From: Nevskia soli
GTDB taxonomy: Bacteria; Pseudomonadota; Gammaproteobacteria; Nevskiales; Nevskiaceae
Length of the DNA: 64,000 nucleotides
Assembly (NCBI GenBank): GCA_026224805.1
Contig: JAMFRN010000138.1
Span: 19,441-83,440 of the forward strand
Reading direction: 5' to 3'
A program made the position numbers and the translations under genes. This document shows positions 8,804 through 20,114 of the stretch, piece by piece. Numbering within the stretch: the stretch's first letter is position 1; every line of letters starts with the position of its first letter. The notes beneath the pieces are model-generated. The model was given only the letters and a program-made list of their open reading frames with translations, did no database searches and had not been told where the DNA came from.

Positions 8804-9828
8804 ACCACTCCGGCGCGCAGCAGGTCGTGCATGTGGATCACGCCGAGCACATGGTGCTGCTCATCCTGCACCGTCAGCACCGTGATCTTGTGCTGGTCCA
8901 TCAGGTTGACCGCCTCGACCGCCAGCTGATCGGCGCCGATGCTCTTGCCGCCGCGGGTCATCACTTCGGCAATCTTGACGCGGCGCACGTCGAGGCCGTT
9001 GTCGATGACGCGGCGCAGGTCGCCGTCGGTGAAGATGCCCAGGGCCTGGCCCTGCGCATTGACGATGGCGGTCATGCCCAGGCCCTTGCGCGTCATTTCC
9101 AGCAGGGCTTCGGAGAGTGAGGCGTCCGGCCCGACCTGCGGCACGCGCGCGCCGGTGTGCATCAGGTCGGAAATCTTCAGCAGCAGGCGCCGGCCCAGTG
9201 CGCCGCCCGGATGGGAGCGTGCGAAATCCTCCTGGGTGAAGCCGCGCGCTTCCAGCAGCGCCACCGCCAGGGCGTCGCCCATGGCCAGGGTGGCGGTGGT
9301 GCTGGCGGTCGGCGCCAGGTTATGCGGGCAGGCTTCCTGGCCGACCGAAACATCCAGGTGCACTTCCGCGCTGCGCGCCAGGGTCGAGCCGGGCTTGCCG
9401 GTCATGGCGATCAGCGGCGCGCCCATGCGCTTGATCAGCGGCAGGATGGTGAGGATCTCGGCGGTTTCGCCGGAGTTGCTGATGGCGATCACCACGTCCT
9501 GGCGCGTGATCATGCCGAGGTCGCCATGGCTGGCCTCGCCCGGATGCACGAAGAACGCGGGTGTGCCGGTGCTGGCCAGGGTGGCGGCGATCTTGTTGCC
9601 GATATGGCCGCTCTTGCCCATGCCGGTGACCACGACGCGGCCGTTGCAGCGCAGCATCACCATGCAGGCCTGCGCGAAAGCGTCGTCCACCCGCGGCAGC
9701 AGTTCCGCCACGGCATCGCGCTCGATCTCGAGCACGCGTCGGCCGGCGGCCTGCAATGCGGCGGAATCCACGTGTTGTGTGTGATCGTTCAAATGCTTAT
9801 GGCGGAATCGGGCAGCGGGGGGATGCAA
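8800..9828 (-). CDS. kdsD: Arabinose-5-phosphate isomerase (KpsF/GutQ family); true start may be TTG 9793 or GTG 9772
   Basis: GMGKSGHIG, HPGEASHGDLG, APTASTTA, C-terminal CBS pair. Confidence 0.93.
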   Translation of the reverse strand: MHPPAARFRHKHLNDHTQHVDSAALQAAGRRVLEIERDAVAELLPRVDDAFAQACMVMLRCNGRVVVTGMGKSGHIGNKIAATLASTGTPAFFVHPGEASHGDLGMITRQDVVIAISNSGETAEILTILPLIKRMGAPLIAMTGKPGSTLARSAEVHLDVSVGQEACPHNLAPTASTTATLAMGDALAVALLEARGFTQEDFARSHPGGALGRRLLLKISDLMHTGARVPQVGPDASLSEALLEMTRKGLGMTAIVNAQGQALGIFTDGDLRRVIDNGLDVRRVKIAEVMTRGGKSIGADQLAVEAVNLMDQHKITVLTVQDEQHHVLGVIHMHDLLRAGVV

Positions 9829-9879
9829 TGTTACCGGATGCGGGTAAAGGTGTGGATCAAGAGGCGATTAAGCAAGGGC

Positions 9880-11307
9880 TCAAGCATTTTTGATGCTGGC
9901 ATAAGCCGCCAGGGCCCGTAGCCGCGAGCCGGCCAGATCGACTGTTGGCTGGTCGTAAGGAGAAGGCGTGGCGATTCGCGCCAGCCATGGCGCGTGCACG
10001 GCATCGTCCGCCACCTTCGCCAGCTCCGGTAGCCAGCGCCTGAGATAGATGCCGCGCGGATCGAACTTGCCGCTTTGCAGCACCGGATTGAAAACGCGGA
10101 AGTAAGGCGCGGCATCGGCGCCACAGCCGGCGGTCCACTGCCAACCCAGGGTGTTGTTGGCCAGGTCGGCGTCGACCAGGGTGTCCCAGAACCAGCGCGC
10201 GCCTTCCTGCCAGGGGATCAGCAGGTTCTTGGTGAGAAAGCTGGCGACGATCATGCGCACGCGGTTGTGCATCCAGCCGCTGTGCCAGAGCTGGCGCATG
10301 CCGGCATCGACCAGCGGCACGCCGGTGCGGCCGCGCTGCCAGGCGCGCAGGTCGGCGGCGTAGTCGCGCGGCTTGCGCCAGGGGAAGGCGTCGAACTTGC
10401 GGTTCAGCGGCTGTTGTGGCGTGTGCGGGTAATGAAACAGCAGATGATGCGAGAACTCGCGCCAGCCCAGTTCACGGATGTAATGATCGGTATTGGCGAT
10501 GAGGCCCGCGGCGGCATCCTCGGCGGCCAGCCGGCGCAGGCGCGCGACGATCTGCAGCGGCGAGATTTCGCCGAAGTGCAGGTGCGGCGACAGGCGCGAA
10601 GTGGCGTCCAATGCCGGAAGGTCGCGCTCCTGCCGGTAACGCGGCGCCCCCTCGTCGCAATAACGGTGCAGCAACGACCAGGCGCCCGCTTCGCCGGGCC
10701 GCCAGGTTTCGCGCAAGCCGCCGTCCCAGGGTAGGTCCGGACGCAGCCCCAGGGCATCGAGGGCAACGCCGGGCGGCGTCGACTGCGCCGGCTCGATCCG
10801 GCGCGGCGCCGGCAAGGGAGCGCGCTGCGCCAGGCGCTGGCTGGCCGCGCGCCAGTACGGGGTGAATACGCGGTAGGGGTCGCCACGGCCGGTCTTCAGC
10901 TCCCAGGGCTCGATCAGTAGTGCGGCGTTGAAGCTGTCCGCCGTCAAGCCGTCCTCACGCAGCGACTGCTTGATCCGCTGGTCGCGCCCGATCAGGGCCG
11001 GCTCGTACAGGCGGTTCCAGTACACCGCCACGGCGCCCGCCGCCCGGGCCAGCTGGCGCAGCTGGTCCAGGCTCGCCCCCTGCCGGATCAGCAGCGGCGC
11101 GCCGGCCTTGGCCAGGTCCGCCGCCAGCGCGGCCAGCGCATGATGCAGCCACCAGCGTGCGGCGGCGCCGGGCGCCCAGGGAGTCTCCTCGTCCGGGGCG
11201 TGGATGTACACCGGCAGCACCCACCGGTGGTGCTCGAGGGCGTGGCGCAGCGCGGGATTGTCGGCGAGCCGCAGGTCGCGTCGGAACCAGACGAGGGCGG
11301 TGGTCAT
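9880..11307 (-). CDS. phrB: Deoxyribodipyrimidine (CPD class I) photolyase
   Basis: WFRRDLRLADNPAL, TSRLSPHLHFGEIS, GWMHNRVRMIVASFL, DADLANNTLGWQW. Confidence 0.92.
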   Translation of the reverse strand: MTTALVWFRRDLRLADNPALRHALEHHRWVLPVYIHAPDEETPWAPGAAARWWLHHALAALAADLAKAGAPLLIRQGASLDQLRQLARAAGAVAVYWNRLYEPALIGRDQRIKQSLREDGLTADSFNAALLIEPWELKTGRGDPYRVFTPYWRAASQRLAQRAPLPAPRRIEPAQSTPPGVALDALGLRPDLPWDGGLRETWRPGEAGAWSLLHRYCDEGAPRYRQERDLPALDATSRLSPHLHFGEISPLQIVARLRRLAAEDAAAGLIANTDHYIRELGWREFSHHLLFHYPHTPQQPLNRKFDAFPWRKPRDYAADLRAWQRGRTGVPLVDAGMRQLWHSGWMHNRVRMIVASFLTKNLLIPWQEGARWFWDTLVDADLANNTLGWQWTAGCGADAAPYFRVFNPVLQSGKFDPRGIYLRRWLPELAKVADDAVHAPWLARIATPSPYDQPTVDLAGSRLRALAAYASIKNA

Positions 11308-11407
11308 GGGGCAGGGTGGCTGAAATTGCCGCTTTTGTCAGTGGCTTGAACGATTACGGCGGATTGCGGCCGGCCGGATGCGGAGCGAGGCGTATAATCC
11401 GCGCCCA

Positions 11408-12358
11408 ATGAATACCTCCCCAACGGACGCCCTGAGCATCGATGGCGTCCGCAAAGCTTATGGCAAGGTGCAGGCGCTGGACGGCGTCGGTTTCAACATC
11501 CGTCGCGGCGAGTTTTTCGGCCTGCTCGGTCCCAACGGCGCCGGCAAGTCGACCCTGATCAACATCATCGCCGGCCTGGTCCGCGCCGACCAGGGCCGTA
11601 TCGGCGTGCTCGGCCATGACACCGTGCGCGACTGGCGCAGCGCGCGCCGCCTGATCGGCGTGGTGCCGCAGGAGCTGGTGTTCGATCCCTTCTTCAAGGT
11701 GGTCGACATGCTGCGCATCCAGGCCGGTTACTACGGCTGCGGCCGCGAAAGCTGGCCGTGGATCGACGAGATGCTGGTCAAGCTGGATCTGGACAGCAAG
11801 CGCAACGCCTCGATGCGCACCCTCTCCGGCGGCATGAAGCGGCGCGTGCTGATCGCCCAGGCCCTGGTGCACCGGCCGCCGGTGGTGATCCTCGACGAGC
11901 CCACCGCCGGCGTCGACGTCGAGCTGCGCCGCACCCTGTGGGGCTTCATGAGCGAACTGCACGCCAAGGGCACGACGGTGGTGCTGACCACCCACTACCT
12001 GGAAGAAGCGCAGGATCTGTGCGAGCGCATCGCCATCATCGACAAGGGCAAGGTCCGCGTCATCGAAACCACCGCGCAGCTACTCAACCGCCATCCGTTT
12101 CGTTTCCTGCGCATCAAGCTGGCCAACGAGGGCTTGCTGCCGGAATCGCTGCGCCCGCTGGTCTCCGGCGAGAAGAACGGCTCGATCGAATTGCGCCTGG
12201 ATCGCGAGAAGCATCCGATCAGCGGCGTTTTCACCGCGCTGCGCGCCGCCGGCCTGGACCTGGAGGACGTGCATACGCGCGAGCCGGACCTGGAGGACAT
12301 CTTCATCGAATTGACCCACGACCACTCCCGCCCGGCCGTCAACGGGGGTGTCCGGTGA
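11408..12358 (+). CDS. ABC transporter ATP-binding protein (YadG-like)
   Basis: GPNGAGKST, LSGGMKRR, ILDEPTAGVD, TTHYLEEA. Confidence 0.9.
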   Translation: MNTSPTDALSIDGVRKAYGKVQALDGVGFNIRRGEFFGLLGPNGAGKSTLINIIAGLVRADQGRIGVLGHDTVRDWRSARRLIGVVPQELVFDPFFKVVDMLRIQAGYYGCGRESWPWIDEMLVKLDLDSKRNASMRTLSGGMKRRVLIAQALVHRPPVVILDEPTAGVDVELRRTLWGFMSELHAKGTTVVLTTHYLEEAQDLCERIAIIDKGKVRVIETTAQLLNRHPFRFLRIKLANEGLLPESLRPLVSGEKNGSIELRLDREKHPISGVFTALRAAGLDLEDVHTREPDLEDIFIELTHDHSRPAVNGGVR

Positions 12359-13173
12359 ACCAGGCCAAGCTGCCCACCGATCTGGCGCCCGAGGCCGATC
12401 TGGCACGCTTCTCCGATCGCGTCGGGTTCTTCACCCTGACCGCCAAGGAGATCAAGCGCTTCTGGAACGTGCTGGGGCAGACCGTCACCGCGCCGGTGGT
12501 TACCGCCCTGCTGTACCTGCTGGTGTTCGCCCAGGCGATGAAGGGCCGTGCGCCGGTCTATCCCGGTGTCGACTACACCGAGTTCCTGGTGCCGGGCCTG
12601 GTGATGATGACGGTGATCCAGAACGCCTTCGCCAACAGCTCCTCCTCGCTGACCCAGTCGAAGATCATGGGCAACCTGGTGTTCCTGCTGATGGCGCCGC
12701 TGGGCGCCTGGGAATGGTTCGCCGCCTACGTCACCGCCGCCCTGGTGCGCGCAGTCCTGGTCGCTTCGGCGATGCTGGCGGTGGCGCTGCTGTTCGTGCC
12801 CTTGCCGCTGCACGCGCCGCTGGCGCTGCTGGCGATGTTCCTGCTGTCCGGCGCCAGCCTGGCGGTGCTGGGCCTGATCGCCGGCATCGTCGCCAGCAAG
12901 TTCGACCATCTGGCCGCCTTCACCAACTTCATCATCACGCCGCTGTCCTTCCTGTCGGGCGTGTTCTACTCGGTGCATGCGCTGCCGCCGTTCTGGTATG
13001 CGGCCTCGCACTTCAATCCTTTCTTCTACATGATCGACGGCTTCCGCTACGGCTTCTTCGGCCAGGCCGACGTGCCGATCGCGCTGAGCCTGGCGTGGGC
13101 CGCGGGCTTCCTGGTGCTGTTGTCCACGATCTGCCTGTGGATGCTGATGACCGGCTACAAGCTGCGTCGCTGA
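12355..13173 (+). CDS. ABC-2 type permease (YadH-like)
   Basis: GTG overlaps the ATPase stop; multi-TM, PGLVMMTVIQNAFANSSSS, NPFFYMIDGFRYGF. Confidence 0.88.
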   Translation: MNQAKLPTDLAPEADLARFSDRVGFFTLTAKEIKRFWNVLGQTVTAPVVTALLYLLVFAQAMKGRAPVYPGVDYTEFLVPGLVMMTVIQNAFANSSSSLTQSKIMGNLVFLLMAPLGAWEWFAAYVTAALVRAVLVASAMLAVALLFVPLPLHAPLALLAMFLLSGASLAVLGLIAGIVASKFDHLAAFTNFIITPLSFLSGVFYSVHALPPFWYAASHFNPFFYMIDGFRYGFFGQADVPIALSLAWAAGFLVLLSTICLWMLMTGYKLRR

Positions 13174-13185
13174 GAAACTTTCAAC

Positions 13186-13422
13186 ATGATGACCAAAGAC
13201 CAAATCAAGCAACTGATTCAGGCCGGCATGCCGGACGCCATCGTCACCGTCACTGGCGATGACGGCCAGCATTTCGAGGCCGAGGTGATCTGGCTCGGCT
13301 TCAGCGGCAAGTCGCCGGTGGCGCAGCACCGCATGGTCTACGACACCCTGGGCGGCCGCATGGGCACCGAAATCCACGCGCTGAAGCTGCGCACCCACGC
13401 GCCGAAGGCGCCCTGCGCCTAG
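13186..13422 (+). CDS. BolA family protein (IbaG-like)
   Basis: DGQHFEA, QHRMVYDTLG, EIHALKLRT; upstream of murA. Confidence 0.9.
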   Translation: MMTKDQIKQLIQAGMPDAIVTVTGDDGQHFEAEVIWLGFSGKSPVAQHRMVYDTLGGRMGTEIHALKLRTHAPKAPCA

Positions 13423-13531
13423 CATCTCCCGGGACCTGCCGCGCGAGAAATCGCGGCATTTGCACAAGAAAGACACCAACTGCCGCCAGGCGGCGGTTAG
13501 TCTTTGTCCAGATTTTTCAAGTAACGAGTAG

Positions 13532-14797
<1,266 letters not shown>

Positions 14798-14846
14798 ATC
14801 CTCATTTCCCCCTTCGATTTGCGCGATGTCGGGGACGGCGCTAGAG

Positions 14847-14874
14847 TGTGTATGAAGCAAGAAAAGGATACACA
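14847..14874. promoter_or_regulatory. Palindromic operator upstream of vapB
   Basis: TGTGTAT-N14-ATACACA immediately before the vapB ATG; candidate -10 TAGAGT at 14842-14847. Confidence 0.6.
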
Positions 14875-14876
14875 TC

Positions 14877-15071
14877 ATGCGGACCAATATCGTCATTGAC
14901 GACAAGTTGATGAAGGAAACCCTCCGGCTTACCGGCTTGAAGACCAAGCGCGAGGCGGTGGAACTCGGTCTGCGCACCGTCGTGCGCCTGCGCAAGCAGG
15001 ACGAGATCCGGCGCTTTCGGGGCAAGCTCGGCTGGCAGGGCGATCTTGAGGCGATGAGAACGGACAAATGA
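14877..15071 (+). CDS. vapB: VapB-type antitoxin
   Basis: MRTNIVIDDKLM...KTKREAVELGLR, 64 aa, ATGA overlap with PIN toxin. Confidence 0.85.
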   Translation: MRTNIVIDDKLMKETLRLTGLKTKREAVELGLRTVVRLRKQDEIRRFRGKLGWQGDLEAMRTDK

Positions 15072-15469
15072 TCCTGGTCGATTCCAGCGTATGGATCGAC
15101 TACTTCCGCGGCACGCATACCCCGGAGACCGACCGGCTGGATGCCCTGCTTGGCGCGGAGCCTGTGGCGACCGGGGACCTGATCCTGGCCGAAGTGCTGC
15201 AGGGATTCGCTGACGATCGGGATTTCAATCAGGCTAAAAAGCTGCTGACCGCATTGCCCATCGTCGAACTGGTCGGAACGGAAATCGCCATCCAGGCGGC
15301 CCGCAATTTCAGGGCGTTGAGAGCGCAGGGCATCACGGTACGAAAGACCATCGATACCTTGATCGCCACCCGCTGCATCGAGAATGGGCTGACGCTGCTA
15401 TACAGCGACAGGGATTTCGATCCATTCGTGGAGCATCTTGGACTTCGCGCGGCGATATCACGAACCTGA
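15068..15469 (+). CDS. vapC: VapC PIN-domain toxin
   Basis: MILVDSSVWID, EVLQG, TIDTLIA, LLYSDRDF acidic PIN residues. Confidence 0.9.
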   Translation: MILVDSSVWIDYFRGTHTPETDRLDALLGAEPVATGDLILAEVLQGFADDRDFNQAKKLLTALPIVELVGTEIAIQAARNFRALRAQGITVRKTIDTLIATRCIENGLTLLYSDRDFDPFVEHLGLRAAISRT

Positions 15470-15475
15470 CGAGAT

Positions 15476-15503
15476 GAAAACCGGGTGCCCGCGCCCGGTT
15501 TTC
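15476..15503. terminator. Bidirectional terminator-like hairpin after vapC
   Basis: GAAAACCGGGTG-CCCG-CGCCCGGTTTTC. Confidence 0.65.
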
Positions 15504-15553
15504 CGGCCGAAATCCGAGCGGTCCATGGCTCAGACGGGTAAAATCCGCCCGCC

Positions 15554-16204
15554 ATGACCGCCCTGACCCTGGCCCTTTCCAAGGGCCGCATCCTCGAAGA
15601 CAGCTCCCCCCTGCTCACCGCCGTGGGCATCGCCCCCGCGGGTGACGCTTCGCGCCTGCTGCGGCTGCCGACGCAGGACGCGAACGTGGAGTTGCTGGTG
15701 ATCAGGCCCACCGACGTGCCAACCTATGTCGAGTACGGCGCGGCCGATCTGGGCATCGTCGGCAAGGACATCCTGCTGGAGCATGGCGGCGAGGCGCTGT
15801 ACGAGCCGCTGGACCTGGGCATCGCGCGCTGCCGCCTGTCGGTAGCGACGCAGAAGGATTCGCCGCTGGTGAAGGGCGGGCTGGACGCGGCCGGTTCGCG
15901 CCGCCTGCGGGTGGCGACCAAATATCCGGAAATGACGCGGCGCTACTTCTCCGACCGCGGCCAACAGGTGGAGATCATCAAGCTGTACGGCTCGATGGAG
16001 CTGGCGCCGCTGGTGGGGCTGTCCGACGTGATCGTCGATCTGGTCGCCACCGGCAACACCCTGCGCGCCAATGGCCTGGTGGAGATCGTCACCATCTGCG
16101 AATCGAGCGCGCGGCTGGTGGTGAACAAGGCGGCGATGAAGATGAAGCATGCGGCGATCCGCGCCCTGCTGGATCGCTTCGCCCGGGCCGTCGGCAATGT
16201 CTGA
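15554..16204 (+). CDS. hisG: ATP phosphoribosyltransferase, short form (HisZ-dependent)
   Basis: [49 protein letters not shown]; 216 aa, no C-terminal regulatory domain. Confidence 0.93.
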   Translation: MTALTLALSKGRILEDSSPLLTAVGIAPAGDASRLLRLPTQDANVELLVIRPTDVPTYVEYGAADLGIVGKDILLEHGGEALYEPLDLGIARCRLSVATQKDSPLVKGGLDAAGSRRLRVATKYPEMTRRYFSDRGQQVEIIKLYGSMELAPLVGLSDVIVDLVATGNTLRANGLVEIVTICESSARLVVNKAAMKMKHAAIRALLDRFARAVGNV

Positions 16205-17501
16205 AGCGCTGCCCATCACCCGGCTCGACAGCGGCGACGCCGATTTCGAGGCGCGGCTGACGCAGCTGCTGGACCGCGCCCCCGAGGCGGACCCCGAGGT
16301 CACGGCGCGCGTTGCCGAGATCATCGCGGCGGTGCGCGCGCGCGGCGATGCGGCGCTGCTGGAATATACCAATCGCTTCGACCGCCGCGGCGTAACCGCC
16401 GCGGCGGAGCTGGAAATCGGTCCGGCCCAGCGCGAGGCCGCCTGGCATTCCCTGCCGGCGGACCTGCGCGAGGCGCTGGATACCGCGGCCGCGCGCATCC
16501 GCGCCTATGCCGGGCGGCAGGCGCTGGAAAGCTGGGAATTCAGCGACGCCTTCGGCAACGCGCTGGGCCAGCGCGTCACGGCGATGGACCGTGTCGGCAT
16601 CTACGTGCCGGGCGGCAAGGCGGCCTATCCCTCCAGCGTGCTGATGAACGCGATCCCGGCCAAGGTGGCCGGCGTCGGCGAGATCGTGATGGTGGTGCCC
16701 GCGCCGGGCGGCGAGCTGAGCCCGGTGGTGCTGGGCGCGGCGCATCTGGCCGGGGTGGACCGCCTGTTCACCATCGGCGGCGCGCAGGCGGTGGCGGCGC
16801 TGGCCTACGGCACCGCGACGGTGCCGGCGGTGGACAAGATCGTCGGTCCCGGCAATGCCTACGTCGCGGCGGCGAAGCGCCTGGTGTTCGGCCGCGTCGG
16901 CATCGATTCCATCGCCGGGCCGTCCGAGATCGTGGTGGTCTGCGACGGCCAGACCGATCCGCGCTGGATCGCCATGGACCTGTTCTCGCAGGCCGAGCAT
17001 GACGAGCTGGCGCAGTCCATCCTGATTTCGCCGGACCGCGCCTTCCTCGAACGCGTTGCCGCGGCGATGGCCGGGCGCATCGCGGAGTTGCCGCGCGCAG
17101 AAATCGTGCGCGCCTCGTTGGCCGGCCGCGGCGCCCTCATCGCGGTGCGGGATCTGGACGAGGCCGTCGCCCTGTCCAACCGCATCGCTCCGGAGCATCT
17201 GGAGCTGTCGGTGGCCGAGCCGCGCCTGTGGCTGGCCAAGGTGCGCCATGCCGGCGCCGTGTTCCTCGGCCGCCATACGCCGGAGGCTTTCGGCGACTAC
17301 TGCGCCGGGCCCAACCATGTGCTGCCCACCAGCCGCGCGGCGCGTTTCTCCAACCCGCTCGGCGTCTACGAATTCCAGAAGCGCAGCAGCCTGATCGAGT
17401 GCTCGCCCGAAGGCGCGCGCGAGCTTGCCGCCATCGCCGGGCGCCTGGCCGATGCCGAAGGTCTGCAGGCCCACGCTGCCAGCGCGCGCGACCGGAGTTG
17501 A
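16197..17501 (+). CDS. hisD: Histidinol dehydrogenase
   Basis: [43 protein letters not shown]. Confidence 0.95.
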   Translation: MSEALPITRLDSGDADFEARLTQLLDRAPEADPEVTARVAEIIAAVRARGDAALLEYTNRFDRRGVTAAAELEIGPAQREAAWHSLPADLREALDTAAARIRAYAGRQALESWEFSDAFGNALGQRVTAMDRVGIYVPGGKAAYPSSVLMNAIPAKVAGVGEIVMVVPAPGGELSPVVLGAAHLAGVDRLFTIGGAQAVAALAYGTATVPAVDKIVGPGNAYVAAAKRLVFGRVGIDSIAGPSEIVVVCDGQTDPRWIAMDLFSQAEHDELAQSILISPDRAFLERVAAAMAGRIAELPRAEIVRASLAGRGALIAVRDLDEAVALSNRIAPEHLELSVAEPRLWLAKVRHAGAVFLGRHTPEAFGDYCAGPNHVLPTSRAARFSNPLGVYEFQKRSSLIECSPEGARELAAIAGRLADAEGLQAHAASARDRS

Positions 17502-17572
17502 TGCCGAGGTCAGGAACGTGACCGTGCCCTGAGGGCCCATGCTATCTTCAACCGACACGTCTTAGGGAGGAG

Positions 17573-18811
17573 ATGGCGATGGCTTTCTTGGGGCCGTTCG
17601 GCGAGTTGACCACGGCACAGCGGCACACGTTCTTCGCATCCCTGGCAGGCTGGTCGCTGGATGCCTTCGATTTCTTCATTTTCGTGCTGTGCCTGTCGGC
17701 GATCAGCGACGACTTTCACGTCCAGATCCACGATGTCGCGGTCGGCATCTCACTGACCCTGGCGATGCGCCCGCTCGGCGCGCTGTTCTTCGGCTGGCTG
17801 GCGGAGAAATACGGCCGCCGCCCGATCCTGATGCTCAACGTGGTGAGCTACTCGGTGTTCGAGCTGGCTTCCGCCTTCGCCCCCAATCTGGCCACCCTGC
17901 TGGTACTGCGCGCCTTGTTCGGCTTCGCCATGGGCGGCGAGTGGGGTGTCGGCGCGGCACTGGCGCTGGAAACCCTGCCGGCAAAAGGGCGCGGCTTCTT
18001 CTCCGGTCTGCTGCAGGAGGGCTATGTCATCGGCTTCCTGGCGGCTTCGATCGTCTCCCGCTTCGCCTTCGAATACGTCGGTTGGCGCGGCATGTTCATC
18101 ATCGGCGCCATGCCGGCGCTGATGGTGTTCTACATCCGCCGCAACGTGCCGGAATCGCCGGCCTGGCTGGCCGGCCAGCAGGCCAAGCGCGCCTCCATCG
18201 GCGAGCTATGGACCTCGGTGCGGGCCCATCTGCCCCTGCTGTTCTACATGATCCTGCTGATGGCCTGCTTCAACGCCTTCTCGCACGGCTCGCAGGACCT
18301 GTACAAGCCCTTCCTGCTCAAGCAGCGCGGTTACTCGTCCGAGATCGCCGATACGCTGGTCATCGTGATGAATGTCGGCGCCCTGCTCGGCGGCATTTTC
18401 TTCGGCGCGTTTTCGGAAAGGCTCGGCCGCAAGCGCACCATCGCCGTGGCGGCGCTGCTGGCCCTGCCGATGATTCCCCTGTGGGCGTTTTCCGCCACGC
18501 CGGTGATGCTGGCCTTGGGCGGCTTCCTGATGCAGTTCATGGTGCAGGGCGCCTGGGGCATCGTGCCGGCGCATATCAACGAGCTGGCGCCCACCGCGGT
18601 GCGCGCCATCCTGCCCGGATTCGCCTACCAGCTCGGCAATTTCATCATGTCGCTGCTGTCGCCGATACAGGCCAGTTATGCCGAAGCGAACGGCGGCAAT
18701 TTCTCCACCATGCTGGCCTGGACCATCGGCATCGTCGCGGTGGTCCTGACTGTGGTGACGCTGCTGGGACCGGAAGCGAAGAACGTCGATATGGGGGCGA
18801 AGCAGGCCTGA
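17573..18811 (+). CDS. MFS transporter (NanT/JEN-like carboxylate or sialate family)
   Basis: GWSLDAFDFF, MRPLGALFFGWLAEKYGRRP, AMGGEWG, FSHGSQDLY; strong SD AGGGAGGAG. Confidence 0.85.
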   Translation: MAMAFLGPFGELTTAQRHTFFASLAGWSLDAFDFFIFVLCLSAISDDFHVQIHDVAVGISLTLAMRPLGALFFGWLAEKYGRRPILMLNVVSYSVFELASAFAPNLATLLVLRALFGFAMGGEWGVGAALALETLPAKGRGFFSGLLQEGYVIGFLAASIVSRFAFEYVGWRGMFIIGAMPALMVFYIRRNVPESPAWLAGQQAKRASIGELWTSVRAHLPLLFYMILLMACFNAFSHGSQDLYKPFLLKQRGYSSEIADTLVIVMNVGALLGGIFFGAFSERLGRKRTIAVAALLALPMIPLWAFSATPVMLALGGFLMQFMVQGAWGIVPAHINELAPTAVRAILPGFAYQLGNFIMSLLSPIQASYAEANGGNFSTMLAWTIGIVAVVLTVVTLLGPEAKNVDMGAKQA

Positions 18812-18818
18812 TTTTTCT

Positions 18819-18907
18819 TGTCATCCTGAGTCCCTCGGCTACGCCCGGGATAAACGCAGCGAAGGATCTGGCCGCGCACTCGCGGGCCTTCGCTGCACTC
18901 AGACTGA
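18819..18907. repeat. Degenerate REP-like palindromic element of the GTCATCCTGAG...CGAAGGATCT type
   Basis: TGTCATCCTGAG at 18819; GCAGCGAAGG (18856-18865) pairs with CCTTCGCTGC (18887-18896); lies between convergent genes. Confidence 0.65.
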
Positions 18908-19675
18908 AGATGCCCCGGCAACAGCATCAATCACCGCCCGCAGTGCCCGATAGCCTTCCACCAGCCGTGGCCCGGGCCGCCCCAGCCAGGCCTCGGTAAT
19001 GGGCACGATGCGGTCGTGCCGTAGTGCCGGCACTGCGGCCCAGCCCGGCCGGCGGCGCACCACGTCGGCGCGGTAGTTCTCTTCCTTCACGCCGCACCAG
19101 GACATCACCACCGCGTCGGGCGCGGCCTCGATGATCTGCGCGTCGCTCAGCGGCGCGCTCTTGGCATCCAGCGCGCCCCAGGGATTGTTGCCGCCAGCCA
19201 GTTCGATCAGGTCGGTGGCCCAGGACTGCCGTGCCGGCGCGATCACCGGCTTGGGCCACCATTCGATCAGCACTTTCGGCGGCCGCGGCAGGGTGATTCT
19301 CGGCATCGCCGCGCGCATCTGCGCCACCAGCCGCTCGCCGCGTTCCGTCACATCGAGGGCCTGCGCGATACGGCGAATGTCGCCGTAGATATCCTCCAGG
19401 CTCAGCGGATCGCAGGTGAGGGTGCGCAGGCCCGCGCGCTCCAGCTCGGCGACGATGCGCTCGTGTCCCGGCACGGTCAGCGAGGTCAGTACCAGGTCCG
19501 GCCGCAGCGCGATCACGCCGGCCACATCGAGATCGAGGTCGCGGCCCAGCTTGGGCAGTCCGGCGACGATCCGCGGCGGGTAGTCCGAGTCGGTGTCGAT
19601 GCCGATCAGCAGTTCCGCGCAATCCAGGGCGCAGACGATTTCGGTGTTCGAGCAGGTGTGGGAAAACAGCCGCAT
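18899..19675 (-). CDS. BtuF-like cobalamin/metal-chelate binding protein, no obvious signal peptide
   Basis: CSNTEIVCAL, DSDYP, ALRPDLVL, RPGPRLVEG; helical-backbone receptor pattern. Confidence 0.78.
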   Translation of the reverse strand: MRLFSHTCSNTEIVCALDCAELLIGIDTDSDYPPRIVAGLPKLGRDLDLDVAGVIALRPDLVLTSLTVPGHERIVAELERAGLRTLTCDPLSLEDIYGDIRRIAQALDVTERGERLVAQMRAAMPRITLPRPPKVLIEWWPKPVIAPARQSWATDLIELAGGNNPWGALDAKSAPLSDAQIIEAAPDAVVMSWCGVKEENYRADVVRRRPGWAAVPALRHDRIVPITEAWLGRPGPRLVEGYRALRAVIDAVAGASSV

Positions 19676-19710
19676 GCGGGGGCCTTGGGATTAAGGGCGT
19701 ACAATACGCC

Positions 19711-20114
19711 GGGGAGCCAACCAGACAACCGCCGCCGCCAGCGTTTCGACGCGAAGCGGGAGAGGAAAGTCCGGGCTCCGCAGGGCAGTGTGCCAGTTAA
19801 CGGCTGGGCGGCGCGAGCCGACGGAAAGTGCCACAGAGAACGAACCGCCTAAGTCCCGCAAGGGGCCGGTAAGGGTGAAAAGGTGCGGTAAGAGCGCACC
19901 GCGTCCCTGGTAACAGGGGCGGCACGGAAAACCCCACACGGAGCAAGGCCAAATAGGGAAGGACGGGCTGCTGCAGCAATGCGCGGCCCAACGCGTGGCC
20001 CACGCGCCTTCCGGGTAGGCTGCTGGAGACGTCGGGTGACCGCCGTCCTAGAGGAATGGTTGTCTCGGCGCCGCAAGGCCGCTAGACAGAACCCGGCTTA
20101 TAGGTTGGCTCCCC
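19711..20114 (+). ncRNA. rnpB: RNase P RNA, class A
   Basis: P1 GGGGAGCCAACC/GGTTGGCTCCCC, GAGGAAAGTCCGGGCTCC, GGTAAGAGCGCACCG, GAGCAAGGCCAAATAG, ACAGAACCCGGCTTA; -10 TACAAT at 19700. Confidence 0.97.
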
